DNA of 64,000 nt from an uncultured Planctomycetota bacterium (GCA_963823665.1 CAWGMQ010000004.1:512001-576000); one strand, 5' to 3'; positions 11,901 to 22,831 are shown, counted from the stretch's first letter. Notes: a model not told the origin generated them from the sequence alone. Program-made: numbers and translations.

Positions 11901-14900
11901 GCCGAGCCATTGACCCTTGTGAACCAGGAGGGTTATACCACCAGCTACCAATATGACCAATACGGCAACCTGCTCGAGCAGACGAACCCCGACGGTACGA
12001 CTCAGCAATATGTGTACAATGACCTGGGTGAAGTGATTTCTTCGACCGACCCCGACGGCCAGACAATCACCTACACCTACAACACTAACGGCCAACTCAC
12101 GGCTGAAAACATGCCCAGCGGCACGTCAAATACTTATAAGTACGATGCCGATGGCAACATGCTCACCGCCGACGGCCCCGGCGGCGACTGGTCGTTTACC
12201 TATGACAGGCAAAACCTGCCGACGACGATTGTCGAGCCGTACGGCACGCTGACTGTTCAGTATGGAATTGACGGCAACGTCACCCAGATCGTCGACCAGA
12301 CCGGTTTCACGGTCAATTACGAGTACAACTCCGGGGGCCAGCTTAGCGAGATGACCGGCACCGGTGGCGACCTCATCGAGGCGTATACCTACGACCCGGC
12401 CGGAAACGTGATCAGCGAGACGAAGGGTAACGGGACGAGTACGGACTACCTGTACAATGCCGATGGCGATGTCACCGAGATAACCAACCTCGCGCCGGGC
12501 GGCTCGGTCAACTCGCAAATGACGTATGCCTATAATGTAGTCGGCGATGTCGCCTCAATGACGAGCGGCGATGTGACCACGACCTACGGCTACGACGCCG
12601 ATGGAGAATTGACCTCGGCCTCCTCACCAGTCGACACGATCGTCTACGCCTACGACCCCGACGGCAACCGAACCTCGGTTACCGATAACGGTGTCGTTAC
12701 CGATTACACGTCGAATAGCATGAACGAGTATGCCCGGGTCGGCGATACGTCCTACCAATACGACGCGAACGGCAACCTGATCGCTGCGACGACGAATGGC
12801 GAGACCACCACGTACACATTCAACGCGCTCAATCAGCTCACCGGAGTGAGTGGTTCGACCGGCACGTACTCGTACACGTACGACGCTCTGGGCTACCAGA
12901 TCTCTGCTACCGCCAACGGCCAGACGACGAACAACCTGATTGATCCCTTCGGGCTGGGGAATGTCGCCGCACAGTTCGACGGTTCGGGGAACTTGATCGC
13001 CCATAATACCTATGGCCTGGGGCTGGTCAGCCAGGTCAGCGTAAGCGGAACATCGTATTACTACGATTACAACCTCCAGGGCTCGACGGTTGGGATCACG
13101 AACGCGGCAGGAGTGTACGTGAACCAATACAGCTACGATCCGTTCGGGCAGGTCACGACGATCAGCGCGGGGATTGCGAATCCGTATACGTTTGTTGGGC
13201 AGGATGGGGTTTCGAGCGATGGAGACGGGCTCGTTTACATGAGGGCTCGGTATTTTGACCCGAGCACGGGGCAGTTTACCTCGGAAGATCCGCTCGGACT
13301 CGGTGGGGGCATTAACTTTTTCAGGTATGCCGGAAACAGCCCGACGGTTGCCGTCGACCCTTCCGGCCTCTGTCCATGGGAATTCTGGAAAGGGCATCCG
13401 GTTAATGGATTCCAATTCGGGGGCCCGACTCACTTCGTCGGTGTCTCTTTCGGACTTTCAAATGGTGTTTCCCTCGGTTTGCATGCAGGCGCTGGCGCGG
13501 GAGTCAGCGCGAGCGCGGGTTGGGGGGGTATAGCAAGTCCTGCTGCCCTTAATGTTCCCGTAGCGTGGCCCGTTCCCGCAGTTGTTAGCGGCGGTGCCGG
13601 TGTCTGGGGCGGGGCCGGAGCGGGGGGTAGTGCCGGTACGTCCTTTGGACTCAGTTCGGGTTACAGCTACGGACAGACTCTTGGATTTCAGGTCGGTTGG
13701 GGGTGGGACGGCGATGACGCCAACAACGACTCAAGCCCCAGTTGCCCCAACCCAACTCCGACACCCACGCCGACTCCGACGACCCCTTGTTGCGGTGGCG
13801 GAGGCGGCGCCTCCAACAATCAAGTTTCGCACGACCCCAACGACCTGATCGGCCCGGGCGGTTACGGTTCGGTCGAATTCATTACACCTGGTGGCGCGCT
13901 CCCCTACACGATCGAATTCTCCAACGAGAAGACCGCCCAGGTCCCTGCGGACAACGTCACCGTCACCGAGCAGCTCAGCCCGAACCTCGATTGGAGTACG
14001 TTCGAGCTCGGCACGATCGGGTTTGGCAGCTACGTCGTCAACGTGCCACCGGGCTTGACCTCGTACAGCACGCGGTTCGACGCGACGTCCACGCTCGGGG
14101 TGTACGTCGACATTGACGCGAGCCTGAACCTGAGCAACGGGTTGCTCACAATCACGTTCGCGTCGCTCGATCCCGATACGCTCGACACGCCCGCCAACCC
14201 GCTCGTCGGGTTCCTACCGCCCGACACCGATCCGCCCAACGGCGAGGGATACATTAACTATACTGTCCAGCCCAAGGCCGGGCTCGCCACCGGCGCCACG
14301 CTCGATGCCCAGGCGAGCATCGTCTTCGACACCAACGCGGCCATCGCAACGCCTCAGGTCGTCAATACGATCGACGCCGGGCCGCCGACGAGCACCGTCA
14401 CCGTGCTCACCTCAACCACGACAACTCCCAGCTTCCCCGTCTCGTGGTCCGGCGCCGACGGCGCAGGACCGGGTATCGCCTATTACAACGTCTACGTCTC
14501 CGACGACGGCGGTGCTTACACGCTCTGGCAGTCGGACACCACGGCCACGTCGGCGGCCTACACCGGCCAGGTCGGTCATACCTACGGCTTCTCCAGCGTG
14601 GCCACCGATTACCTCGGCCTCGTCCAGCCGGGGCCGAGTCCCGCCCAGGCGACGACGACGGTGACCAACACCCCCACGCCGGCTGTCCTCCAGTTCGACT
14701 CGGCTCAGTTCACGGCCAACGTGACGGCCGGTTTGGCGAATGTCCAGATCGACCGCTCGGGCAACGTCGGGGCAACCGTCACCGTTGTCGTGTCCAGTTC
14801 TGGCGGGCCCGATGTCGCGGCGTTCTCGCAAACCGTTTCCTTCGGTCCCAACGTCTCCAACCAGTCTGTCACCATACCGATCATCAACGACGACCGGGCC

Positions 14901-15572
14901 GGAGAGAGCGATGTCGACATCCAAATAGCGCTGTCCTCCGCCGGTACTGGAGCAACGCTCGGCTCAATCCAATCGACAGTCCTGGTGATCCACGACAACA
15001 ACCCGTCACCACCACCCCCGCTGGTCATAGTGGAGTCGTTGCAGGTGGAAAAGATCAAGGTCGGCAAGGGGAAGAAGGCGAAGAAAGAGACCGTATTGGT
15101 CCTCCAGTTCAGCGGAGCACTCAACGCCGGTGCCGCTGATAATGCCAACGCCTACGAGCTCGCGCCGGTAATCACGGTCAAGGCCACGGGGAAGGGCAAG
15201 CACAAAAAGCCGCCTACAACCACGCTTGGCACATCCGTGAAGCTGGCCTCGGCGGTCTACACTAGCAACCAGGTGACGCTTACGCCGCGGGGCACGCTTA
15301 ACCTGGCGAAGCCCGAGGAGCTGATCGTCAAGGCCGCACTCGTGACCGACACCTTGGGCCGTCAGATCGACGGCAACGACAACGGGCAAGCCGGCGGTAA
15401 CTACATCGCAACCATCAGCGGAAGTCGAGTGACGGTTGGCGGGCTACCCCTGGCACGAACCCAGAGTCGGCCGGCCAGCGTCGAAGACACGATCGACGCC
15501 GTGCTCGCTCGTAGCGGGCTGGCCGAACTGACTCGCTCCCTCCACGCCCGCCGCGAGGGGCCGGATGTTTGA
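5969..15572 (+). CDS. Giant exported RHS/YD-repeat surface protein (~3200 aa), one +1 frameshift near 8597
   Basis: Export motif LETLEFRRLLA; beta-helix-like repeats; CARDB-like and Ig/PPC-like domains; YD repeats; RHS core (YMRARYFDP..GQF..EDPLG..N.F.YA.NSP...DPSGL); then HDPND..GP domain, Fn3- and Calx-beta-like parts. ORFs 5969-8617 and 8502-15572 join as HSDNQ/SPTTLNNE if one base is removed. Confidence 0.88.
6414..7698 (+). repeat. Intragenic tandem repeat, 486-bp (162-aa) unit, ~2.6 copies
   Basis: Unit starts at 6414, 6900, 7386. Copies 1 and 2 appear identical; two substitutions seen in copy 3. Confidence 0.95.
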
Positions 15573-15655
15573 GCGGGAGGGCAGATACACTCTGTAGAAC
15601 GCGGCTGAGACGTCGGAGACTGATAACTTTCGTCCAGAAACAGAGGGCAATAGCC

Positions 15656-17470
15656 GTGAATCCGAGGCGAGTGTTCTTGATCACCGTTTCCTTCATCGTC
15701 GCATGCCTCGCTAGCCGACACGCGCGGGGCCAACAGAACGCACCTATGCCCACGATCATCGGGGCCTGGAAGGGTATCCAAAACGCGGATGAGCGCATCG
15801 AGTTCTCGGGAGATGACACGGCTAGAGTATCCGACCTACAAGGGCTGCCGGTGGCTCAGGGGATCTACACCTTCACGGACTACAGGGGCAACCCCGACCA
15901 CAAGATGACTGGCATCCTGGAGATCAGGCTCAACCGCCCGGCGGGTTCGCGGAGGGATTACCGGGTCGGCCTGCTCGCTGAGTCCCTGCTCATTCTTCTG
16001 GACGCTGGCAGTAACGCCAGTGTTTACCAGAGGATTGTCGGCCAGCAGATCCCGAAGACGATGAATGTACGCGCATACCCTAGGTGGATTGTTGGCGACT
16101 GGATTATGCCCAGCGAGACGCGCAAGACGATTTCGCTGCTTGACGACGAGTGGAAGACCCTCCTTTACGATCCCCGTTTTGTAGGCGACGCGGCCGAGCC
16201 CGACGACCGGAAGGGATTCTACGTTCTGAATGGGGACAGGCTCGAACTCACGACGAGATTCCGGGGAGCGCCCCTCACGCTGAAGTATTCAATCATCACA
16301 GACGGCCAGGCTCTGATTCTCATCCAAGACGTCCCTGTCCTGACTGCGATCTTCGTCAGACGACTTGAGCGGCCCGCCGCGAGGTACTACAACTCCGGCA
16401 GAGTCTGGTCGGAGAAGAAGGAGTACGAAAAGGCCATCGCCGACTACTCCGAGGCGATCGGGCTCGACCCGAAACACGCCGGTGCCCACAACGGCCTCGC
16501 CTGGATCATGGCGACCTGCACCGACGCGCGCTACCGTGACGGCGGGAGAGCCGTCGAATTAGCGAAGAAGGCATGCGAGCTGTCGGAATGGAACGATCCA
16601 AACATTATCGACACACTCGCCGCCGCTTATGCCGAGGCCGGCGACTTTGACGCGGCCGTCAAGTGGGAATCGAAGGCGATTGAATTGCTCGGCGACGGGA
16701 AAATGAAGGACGACTTGCGCTCGCGCCTTGAGCTTTACCGCGAGCGCAAACCGTACCGCGAGACTGTTTCGGCAGCGCCTCTGCCCCGCAACGTGGCCGG
16801 CATCGATGCCCTGGTGCGGGGACTCAAGAGCAGCGACGTAGGGGAGCGCGTGGGGGCCGCTTTGTCCCTCAAAAAGATGAGAGCTTCCGCAAGGGCGGCT
16901 AGGCCAGCACTTGAGGAAATGGCGAGGAATGACCCCGAGGTGGCGCTACGCGAATTGGCGAAGGATTGTCTGGCTGTTATTGGGGAAGTAACGCCTCTCC
17001 GAAGTGTGGTCCATATTGAGGCAGTCAAGCCGACAAAAGTCGAAACACCCAAGCCGATAAAAATCGAAATCCGCAAGCCGATAACGATCCATATCGAGGA
17101 CCCCGTCGCGAAAGCCAAGGAGAAGAAGCGAAAGGAAGTGGGCGGCGACCTCTACTCAGTGGTCACCATTCATATCAGGGCACCAGGTCCCATTAACTAC
17201 GAATATCGATGGGGCAATGGCGAGTGGCGACCAGGCCACCTTGATCCCGATAAAGGGCGCTCGTATTCGCACAGATATAAGTTTGTTAACGAGCATAAGT
17301 CGCCGTCGTTTGAAGTCAGGTTTGATCGAAACGTTTCGCCGAACAATGCGTGGATAGTCTACAGACTTGAACGCAATCCTTCGCCATCCACGAATCCCGA
17401 CTTCGGGCGGCGCTATGACTTCCAACAGTCTGAGCCAGATCCTAAGTATATAGTTCTCAAGAAACGTTGA
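15656..17470 (+). CDS. Exported multidomain protein with TPR and HEAT-like repeats
   Basis: GTG start plus signal peptide (RRVFLITVSFIVACLASRHARG); TPR 'YEKAIADYSEAIGLDP..AHNGLAW'; HEAT-like 'LVRGLKSSDVGERVGAALSL'. Confidence 0.8.
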   Translation: MNPRRVFLITVSFIVACLASRHARGQQNAPMPTIIGAWKGIQNADERIEFSGDDTARVSDLQGLPVAQGIYTFTDYRGNPDHKMTGILEIRLNRPAGSRRDYRVGLLAESLLILLDAGSNASVYQRIVGQQIPKTMNVRAYPRWIVGDWIMPSETRKTISLLDDEWKTLLYDPRFVGDAAEPDDRKGFYVLNGDRLELTTRFRGAPLTLKYSIITDGQALILIQDVPVLTAIFVRRLERPAARYYNSGRVWSEKKEYEKAIADYSEAIGLDPKHAGAHNGLAWIMATCTDARYRDGGRAVELAKKACELSEWNDPNIIDTLAAAYAEAGDFDAAVKWESKAIELLGDGKMKDDLRSRLELYRERKPYRETVSAAPLPRNVAGIDALVRGLKSSDVGERVGAALSLKKMRASARAARPALEEMARNDPEVALRELAKDCLAVIGEVTPLRSVVHIEAVKPTKVETPKPIKIEIRKPITIHIEDPVAKAKEKKRKEVGGDLYSVVTIHIRAPGPINYEYRWGNGEWRPGHLDPDKGRSYSHRYKFVNEHKSPSFEVRFDRNVSPNNAWIVYRLERNPSPSTNPDFGRRYDFQQSEPDPKYIVLKKR

Positions 17471-17690
17471 GCAGGCGAAGACGAAGGAGCAGCACGCGAA
17501 GCGGATGAGCGCCTCACGAGAGACGTTGTCGGTAAGTCTGAGCATGATCGCACAGACGAGCTAGTAATGGTCGCATCTTCGTCGCTCCGGGGGGGGGTCG
17601 TCATGCGGTTTTTCGGATAATTCGGCTATAACACGGGTCCTGACGCCTGTTTGTCCTCTAGGATTTGACTGAAGCGCACAAGGCATTCAA

Positions 17691-19241
17691 ATGCTCCCAG
17701 ATTTACGTCGCCTCCGAATGCACGCCGTTGGTCGGGGAGATGGCCCAGCCCGATCAAGGCGTCGGAGCTTTCGGCCGGCTCCAGAGGGCCTTGAGCAAAG
17801 ATGTCTTCTGTTCATAGATTTCCTAGTCACTCCACAACCGCAGAGCTTCGCTGGCGTGGGATTCGTTCTGAACCCCGTCGCTCAGTTTCTGGGGGGCATT
17901 ACGGGTGCCGGACAAAATGACACGAATCCAAGTGACTATACCGTGAAGATCAATTGGGGGGACGGCAGCGGTTGGGATACCACCACCGCGAAGCTCTTCC
18001 CCGAAGGCGACAGTATGTGGATAAAGGCGTCACATACCTACGATACCGCTAACACGTACCCGGTGACCATAAGTGTCACCCTGACGACGTCGGGTGAGAC
18101 AGAGAGCGCGACCTCCCAAGCCTATGTTTCGCCCATGCCGACAACTGCGCAGCCGCTAAGCGCGCCTGTCTCCTACGCCGCTGTCAAGCCGTTAGCCGTC
18201 GAGACTATTGATGACTACTACGGGGTACAAGAGGTCGGTTTACTAACTGGTACAGGTCTGGCGGACAACTTTCCGGTAGCTCTGATCGTCGGCGGCTACA
18301 ACGGCGCGGAATTCAATCCTGGCGACCTTCGTGCGCAGATCAACTGGGGTGACAGCGGGACATGGTATCAAAACGTGCAACTAAATCCGTACGGAGGAGA
18401 TTGGCAGCTTACTGCGAGTCATGTGTATTACCAGGTTGGCACCTTCCCAGCTACGCTTTATGTCACCGGACCAGACGGCCAGACAGCCAGTTGGACAGCA
18501 CTCAACGTTGTCGTCGATCAGAGCCCCAAACCGAGCACGATCACCTTCGGCGGCCTGAGCCCGACGCAGTGGCAAGAGAACCAGCTCGGCTACGATGGGA
18601 CCATCCCAGTTAACGGTGGCGCGGGGGGATACCAGAACCTGCAAATCAGCGGACTGCCACCTGGACTGAGTGCCACGATATTGAGCAGCACGATCAATGG
18701 TCAACAAAGCGGCACAATCACGATTAGCGGTACACCGACCCAGAGCGGGACGTTCACCCTCACGACGACGCTGCAAGACGGCAAAGGCGACACAGGCACT
18801 GGGACCGAGACTTTGACGATCACCGCAGCACCGCCGACCCCGAACCCCCCGTCGACGCCACCACCACCGGCGTCGTACTACCCAACCAGCCAGCCCAATT
18901 ACGGTGTCGCCCCAAGGAACGATCGTGTGCCGATGACCACGAAGGCGCAACGGATCGCGTGGAGGAGACTAGCACTTAGTCTAGCAAACGACATGCGATC
19001 ATTCCTCGAACCGGGTGACGGCCTGCGTGTGACGAGCATTATCAAAGCTGGCGAGCACAACAACTTCCAAAAGATGGACGTAGTCCCAACCGGCGGGACG
19101 ACCTGGGAGGAATTGGCTTTCGCAGCCTCCAGAGCTGGCTTCTGGGTTCACGCGGAGGGAGTTACTTTGGGCGGCGTCCATTGGCCGTTGAGCCCCAGGG
19201 CTACCGGCCCACATCTGGACCTTTATCACTTGAGACAATAG
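17691..19241 (+). CDS. Exported protein: two PKD-like domains, Ig-like domain, Pro linker, C-terminal M15-like Zn-peptidase domain
   Basis: Signal RRRSFRPAPEGLEQRCLL; two INWGD(G/S) motifs; GLPPGL..ISGTPT; C-terminal RVTS..GEHNNFQKMD (H-x6-D) and GPHLDL. Confidence 0.72.
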   Translation: MLPDLRRLRMHAVGRGDGPARSRRRSFRPAPEGLEQRCLLFIDFLVTPQPQSFAGVGFVLNPVAQFLGGITGAGQNDTNPSDYTVKINWGDGSGWDTTTAKLFPEGDSMWIKASHTYDTANTYPVTISVTLTTSGETESATSQAYVSPMPTTAQPLSAPVSYAAVKPLAVETIDDYYGVQEVGLLTGTGLADNFPVALIVGGYNGAEFNPGDLRAQINWGDSGTWYQNVQLNPYGGDWQLTASHVYYQVGTFPATLYVTGPDGQTASWTALNVVVDQSPKPSTITFGGLSPTQWQENQLGYDGTIPVNGGAGGYQNLQISGLPPGLSATILSSTINGQQSGTITISGTPTQSGTFTLTTTLQDGKGDTGTGTETLTITAAPPTPNPPSTPPPPASYYPTSQPNYGVAPRNDRVPMTTKAQRIAWRRLALSLANDMRSFLEPGDGLRVTSIIKAGEHNNFQKMDVVPTGGTTWEELAFAASRAGFWVHAEGVTLGGVHWPLSPRATGPHLDLYHLRQ

Positions 19242-19287
19242 TTCTAGGGCTCTTCAGACACACGAACTAGCCAGCCGCGAAGGATGG

Positions 19288-22212
19288 GTGTCTGACGACG
19301 TCCGCGCTCCTCGGAGATCTGCCATGGCTGAACCAATCAAATCGCAGAGCAAGGCGGAGGGGACCGGCGAAGGCAGTAATGCGCCCTCGGTCGATCTTAA
19401 ATATGGCGAGGCCGCCTTCCAGACCGCGAACCCTGAAGTTGAGCGGCAACTGAATGTGGATGAGACCGAGAAGCTCCGGGCGCAAGAAGCCGAACTTGTG
19501 GCTCGCGAACGGGCCGGGGCTGAGCGACGGCTGCGGCGCCGGACCTGGTTTATGATCGGAGCGATGGCCGCAACGCTTATCGCATCTGGGATTGCCACCT
19601 ATTTCGGGTACAATGCCAGCCTAAGCGCCAAGTCCGCGCGGATAGCGGAGGAGCACGAAAGGGTCCAAAGGGATATCGCAGAGGCGGCGACGAGGAAAGA
19701 GAGGGAGCAACGGGGAATCGCGGAACACGCGACGAGGGAAGCGAAGGATCAAACGCGAATCGCGGAATCCCGACGGGTCGCGGCGATCTCCAGGGCTGAA
19801 CGGGACAAGCGACTGGATCGCGCTCTTCTCCTGGCGGTCGAAGCTCATGACATCTCGAACACGTGGGAAGCCCGGAATGTTTTGCTAGGCTCTTTGATGG
19901 CCAGACCTGGACTCGTGGCGTTCTTGCAGTCGTCCGAGGACGACGTCAAGAGTGTGGCCTTCAGCCCCGACGGCAAGACGCTGGCCGCGGGCTGCAACTT
20001 GGGCGGCGTAGTGCTCTGGGATACATCGCGACGCTTGCGCCTTCCGGATCAGCCTCTGGCCGTAGCCGAAGGACATGTTGAGAGTGTGAGCTTTAGCCCC
20101 GACGGAAAGATCTTGGCCGCAGGCTACGCTGTCGGCGCCTTCGGCGGCGAGGGCGGCGGTGTGGTGCTCTGGGACCCGACGCGACGCTCTCGCCTCCTCG
20201 ATCAGCCGATGGCCGTAAAGGAAGGCCAAGTGCTGAGCGTGGCATTCAGCCCCGACGGCAAGACCCTGGCCGCAGCGTATCTCGGCGCCAAGGGCGGCGG
20301 TGTGGTGCTCTGGGACGCGGCGCGACGCTCTCGCCTCCCCGATCAGCCAATGGCCGTGGAGGAAGGCGAAGTGTGGAGCGTGGCCTTCAGTCCCGACAGC
20401 AAGACCTTGGCCGCGGGATGCGGCTTCGCAGGGGCCGTGCTGTGGGACATAACGCAACGCTCGCGCCTCCCGAATCAGCCGCTTCGCGTACCGGAAGGCT
20501 ATGTCAAGGGCGTGGGGTTCAGCCCTGACGGCAAGTCCCTGGCCGCGGGCTACAGTAGGGTTACGCGTCAACAACGCAGCGGGGGCGAGGGCGGCGGGGT
20601 GGCGCTGTGGGACGTTGGTCGGCGTGAGCGGCTACCCGACCAGCCGATTCCGATAGCCGAGGGTAGCGTGCAGTGCCTGGCCTTCACTCCCGACGGCAAG
20701 ACTTTGGCCGCTGGTTACATCACTGAAATCGGCGTCGACCGCGGTCGCGCCGGGGTAGTGCTTTGGGACACGACGCGACGCTCGCGCCTCCCGGATCAGC
20801 CCATGACTGCGGCCGAAGGCTCCGTAATGAGCCTGGCCATCAGCCGCGACGGCAAGACGCTGGCCGCAGGCTATGGTGTCGGTGATGGCTACGGCGTCGG
20901 TCGCGGCGGCGTGGTGCTCTGGGACACGGCACGACGCTCTGCCCTCAGCGGTCAGCCCCTAGCCGTTGATGAAGGCGCAGTTGACAGCGTGGCCTTCAGT
21001 CCCGACGGCAAGACACTAGCCGCGGGCTTCCGTTACACCAGCGAGTTGGCGAGGAAAGCGGTTCAAGGAAGCCGAGCCGATTTCAGCGAAAGCGGTGTGG
21101 TGCTCTGGGACACGACGCTACGCTCGCGCCTCGCGGATCAGCCTCTGGCTGTTGCCGAAGGCGATGTCACCACCGTAGCCTTCAGCCCCGACGGGAAAGT
21201 TCTCGCTGCGGGGTTCGATGGACACCCCCGATACGACCACAACGGCGGTGTGGTGCTTTGGGACACGATGCGACGCTCGCGCCTCCCCGATCAGCCATTG
21301 GTCGTAGACCAAGGCCGAGTTTCGAGCGTGGCTTTCAGCCCTGACGGCAAGACTCTCGCTGCGGGTTACGAGTCTTCCGGTCGCGGCGGCGTGGTGCTCT
21401 GGGACACGACACGACGCTCGCGCCTCCCGGATAAGCCGCTAGCCGCTCAAGAAGGGGATGTCAACAATGTGGCCTTCAGTCCCGACGGAAAGACACTGGC
21501 CGCTGGCGGCGGCTACGCTTTCCTTCTCAGAGGCCACGGTGGCGTGGTGCTGTGGGACACAACGCGACGCTCGCGCCTCCCGGATTTGCCACTCAACTTA
21601 GTGTCAGGACAGGTCGCGAGCGTGGCCTTCAGCCCAGACGGCAAGACCATGGCCGCTGGCCACGGTTTCGACGGCCTCCTTATGAGCGGCGCGCGCCGGG
21701 GCAGTGTCGCGCTCTGGGACACGGGGCTGCGCCCGAGCCTCCGGAATCAGCCCCTGTCTGTGGTCGAAGGTAATGTCAGGAGTGTGGCCTTCAGCCCCGA
21801 CGGAAAAACCCTCGCCGCGGGATGTGGATTCGGCGGCTCCGAGGACGAGGGTGGCGGTGTGGTTCTCTGGGACACAACGCAACGATTGCGCCTTCATGAT
21901 CAGCCCCTGGTCATAGCCGACGGAGGGGTTAAGAGTGTGGCATTCAGCCCCGACGGAAAGACCCTGGCCGCAGGCTACGGCGTCTTCCAACGTAGCGGCG
22001 GGGTGGTGCTGTGGGACGTCGATCTCGCATCCTGGCGCCGCCACGCTGGAGCGATCGCGAACCGGAACATGTCTCGAGAGGAATGGCAGGAGTATTTTCC
22101 CGATAAGCCCTATCGAAGGACCTTCGACTGGCTTCCGGAATCGCCGGGCATGGAGCCGACCTCCAAGGTCAAAACTCCACCTTCTCCCAGTCCGCCGTCA
22201 CCCCGAAGTTAG
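19288..22212 (+). CDS. Single-pass membrane protein with 14 WD40 repeats
   Basis: TM helix after RRLRRR, coiled coil, 'ALLLAVEA', 14 copies of V.SVAFSPDGKTLAAG...GGVVLWD, C-terminal 'IANRNMSREEWQEYFP..PYR' cap. Start may be the ATG at 19324. Confidence 0.9.
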   Translation: MSDDVRAPRRSAMAEPIKSQSKAEGTGEGSNAPSVDLKYGEAAFQTANPEVERQLNVDETEKLRAQEAELVARERAGAERRLRRRTWFMIGAMAATLIASGIATYFGYNASLSAKSARIAEEHERVQRDIAEAATRKEREQRGIAEHATREAKDQTRIAESRRVAAISRAERDKRLDRALLLAVEAHDISNTWEARNVLLGSLMARPGLVAFLQSSEDDVKSVAFSPDGKTLAAGCNLGGVVLWDTSRRLRLPDQPLAVAEGHVESVSFSPDGKILAAGYAVGAFGGEGGGVVLWDPTRRSRLLDQPMAVKEGQVLSVAFSPDGKTLAAAYLGAKGGGVVLWDAARRSRLPDQPMAVEEGEVWSVAFSPDSKTLAAGCGFAGAVLWDITQRSRLPNQPLRVPEGYVKGVGFSPDGKSLAAGYSRVTRQQRSGGEGGGVALWDVGRRERLPDQPIPIAEGSVQCLAFTPDGKTLAAGYITEIGVDRGRAGVVLWDTTRRSRLPDQPMTAAEGSVMSLAISRDGKTLAAGYGVGDGYGVGRGGVVLWDTARRSALSGQPLAVDEGAVDSVAFSPDGKTLAAGFRYTSELARKAVQGSRADFSESGVVLWDTTLRSRLADQPLAVAEGDVTTVAFSPDGKVLAAGFDGHPRYDHNGGVVLWDTMRRSRLPDQPLVVDQGRVSSVAFSPDGKTLAAGYESSGRGGVVLWDTTRRSRLPDKPLAAQEGDVNNVAFSPDGKTLAAGGGYAFLLRGHGGVVLWDTTRRSRLPDLPLNLVSGQVASVAFSPDGKTMAAGHGFDGLLMSGARRGSVALWDTGLRPSLRNQPLSVVEGNVRSVAFSPDGKTLAAGCGFGGSEDEGGGVVLWDTTQRLRLHDQPLVIADGGVKSVAFSPDGKTLAAGYGVFQRSGGVVLWDVDLASWRRHAGAIANRNMSREEWQEYFPDKPYRRTFDWLPESPGMEPTSKVKTPPSPSPPSPRS

Positions 22213-22234
22213 GCGAGTATCACCGCGTGCTGCG

Positions 22235-22402
22235 CTATCCGTTGATATGCCGCTCGATTTCCCGCAGCACGTCCACGAGGCGCTCAAATATCGGTGGCTC
22301 ACCGAAGATCATCTCCTGCATATTGCGGCAGTCCTGCTCCAATTCCGGAAGGCGGACATCCGGCGGCACGAGCCGGAGCGTGCCCGGTTTGAGGGAATCG
22401 TC
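22235..22402 (-). pseudogene. C-terminal remnant of an AbiEii-type nucleotidyltransferase toxin
   Basis: KPGTLRLVPP..RLPELEQDCRNMQEMIFGEPPIF..L..L.EIERHIN resembles the C-terminus of this family; no recognisable N-terminal part. Confidence 0.6.
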
Positions 22403-22801
22403 AGCGTCCAACTTCACGAGGAGAGCACCGCTTTTTCGTATGTCCTCCGATTCTTGAACAACTTGATGGTCGGGGTCCGCGACGAAGGACAGTTCGGCGA
22501 TGCGGCGACTGCGACGATAGCTACGAAGACTGGCGTTGTCCGTCCCGATCGTGCTGAGAGGTAGATCTCCGGCGGATATATGCGGCAAAGACGATTTGAG
22601 CGGTGTCGCCTCCGGCGAGATCGCGATCAGTCTCCGCGAACCTGTGAGAGATTTCCCTCTCCTCTTCCGTCTCCTCCCCCTCGCAGGGAAGGAGAAACGG
22701 AGTGTGGTGCCTTGGAAAGACCGCCACGGCCGTCGGCCATCCACGCCTTGACCGAACGCGACGGCCAACACTGCCGATTTGGCAACAATTTGGCAACAGG
22801 A

Positions 22802-22831
22802 TTGGCAATATCAGCCCAATGCCGCTATAAT
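22802..22831 (+). promoter_or_regulatory. sigma70-like promoter in the att arm, pointing across the core toward the integrase
   Basis: TTGGCA-N18-TATAAT; conserved as TTGGCA-N18-TACAAT at 61658-61687. Confidence 0.55.

Noticed and set aside
19945..22025. Diversity-generating retroelement acting on the WD40 or RHS repeats
   Set aside because: No reverse transcriptase in the window, and the differences are indels and mixed substitutions rather than adenine-specific changes.
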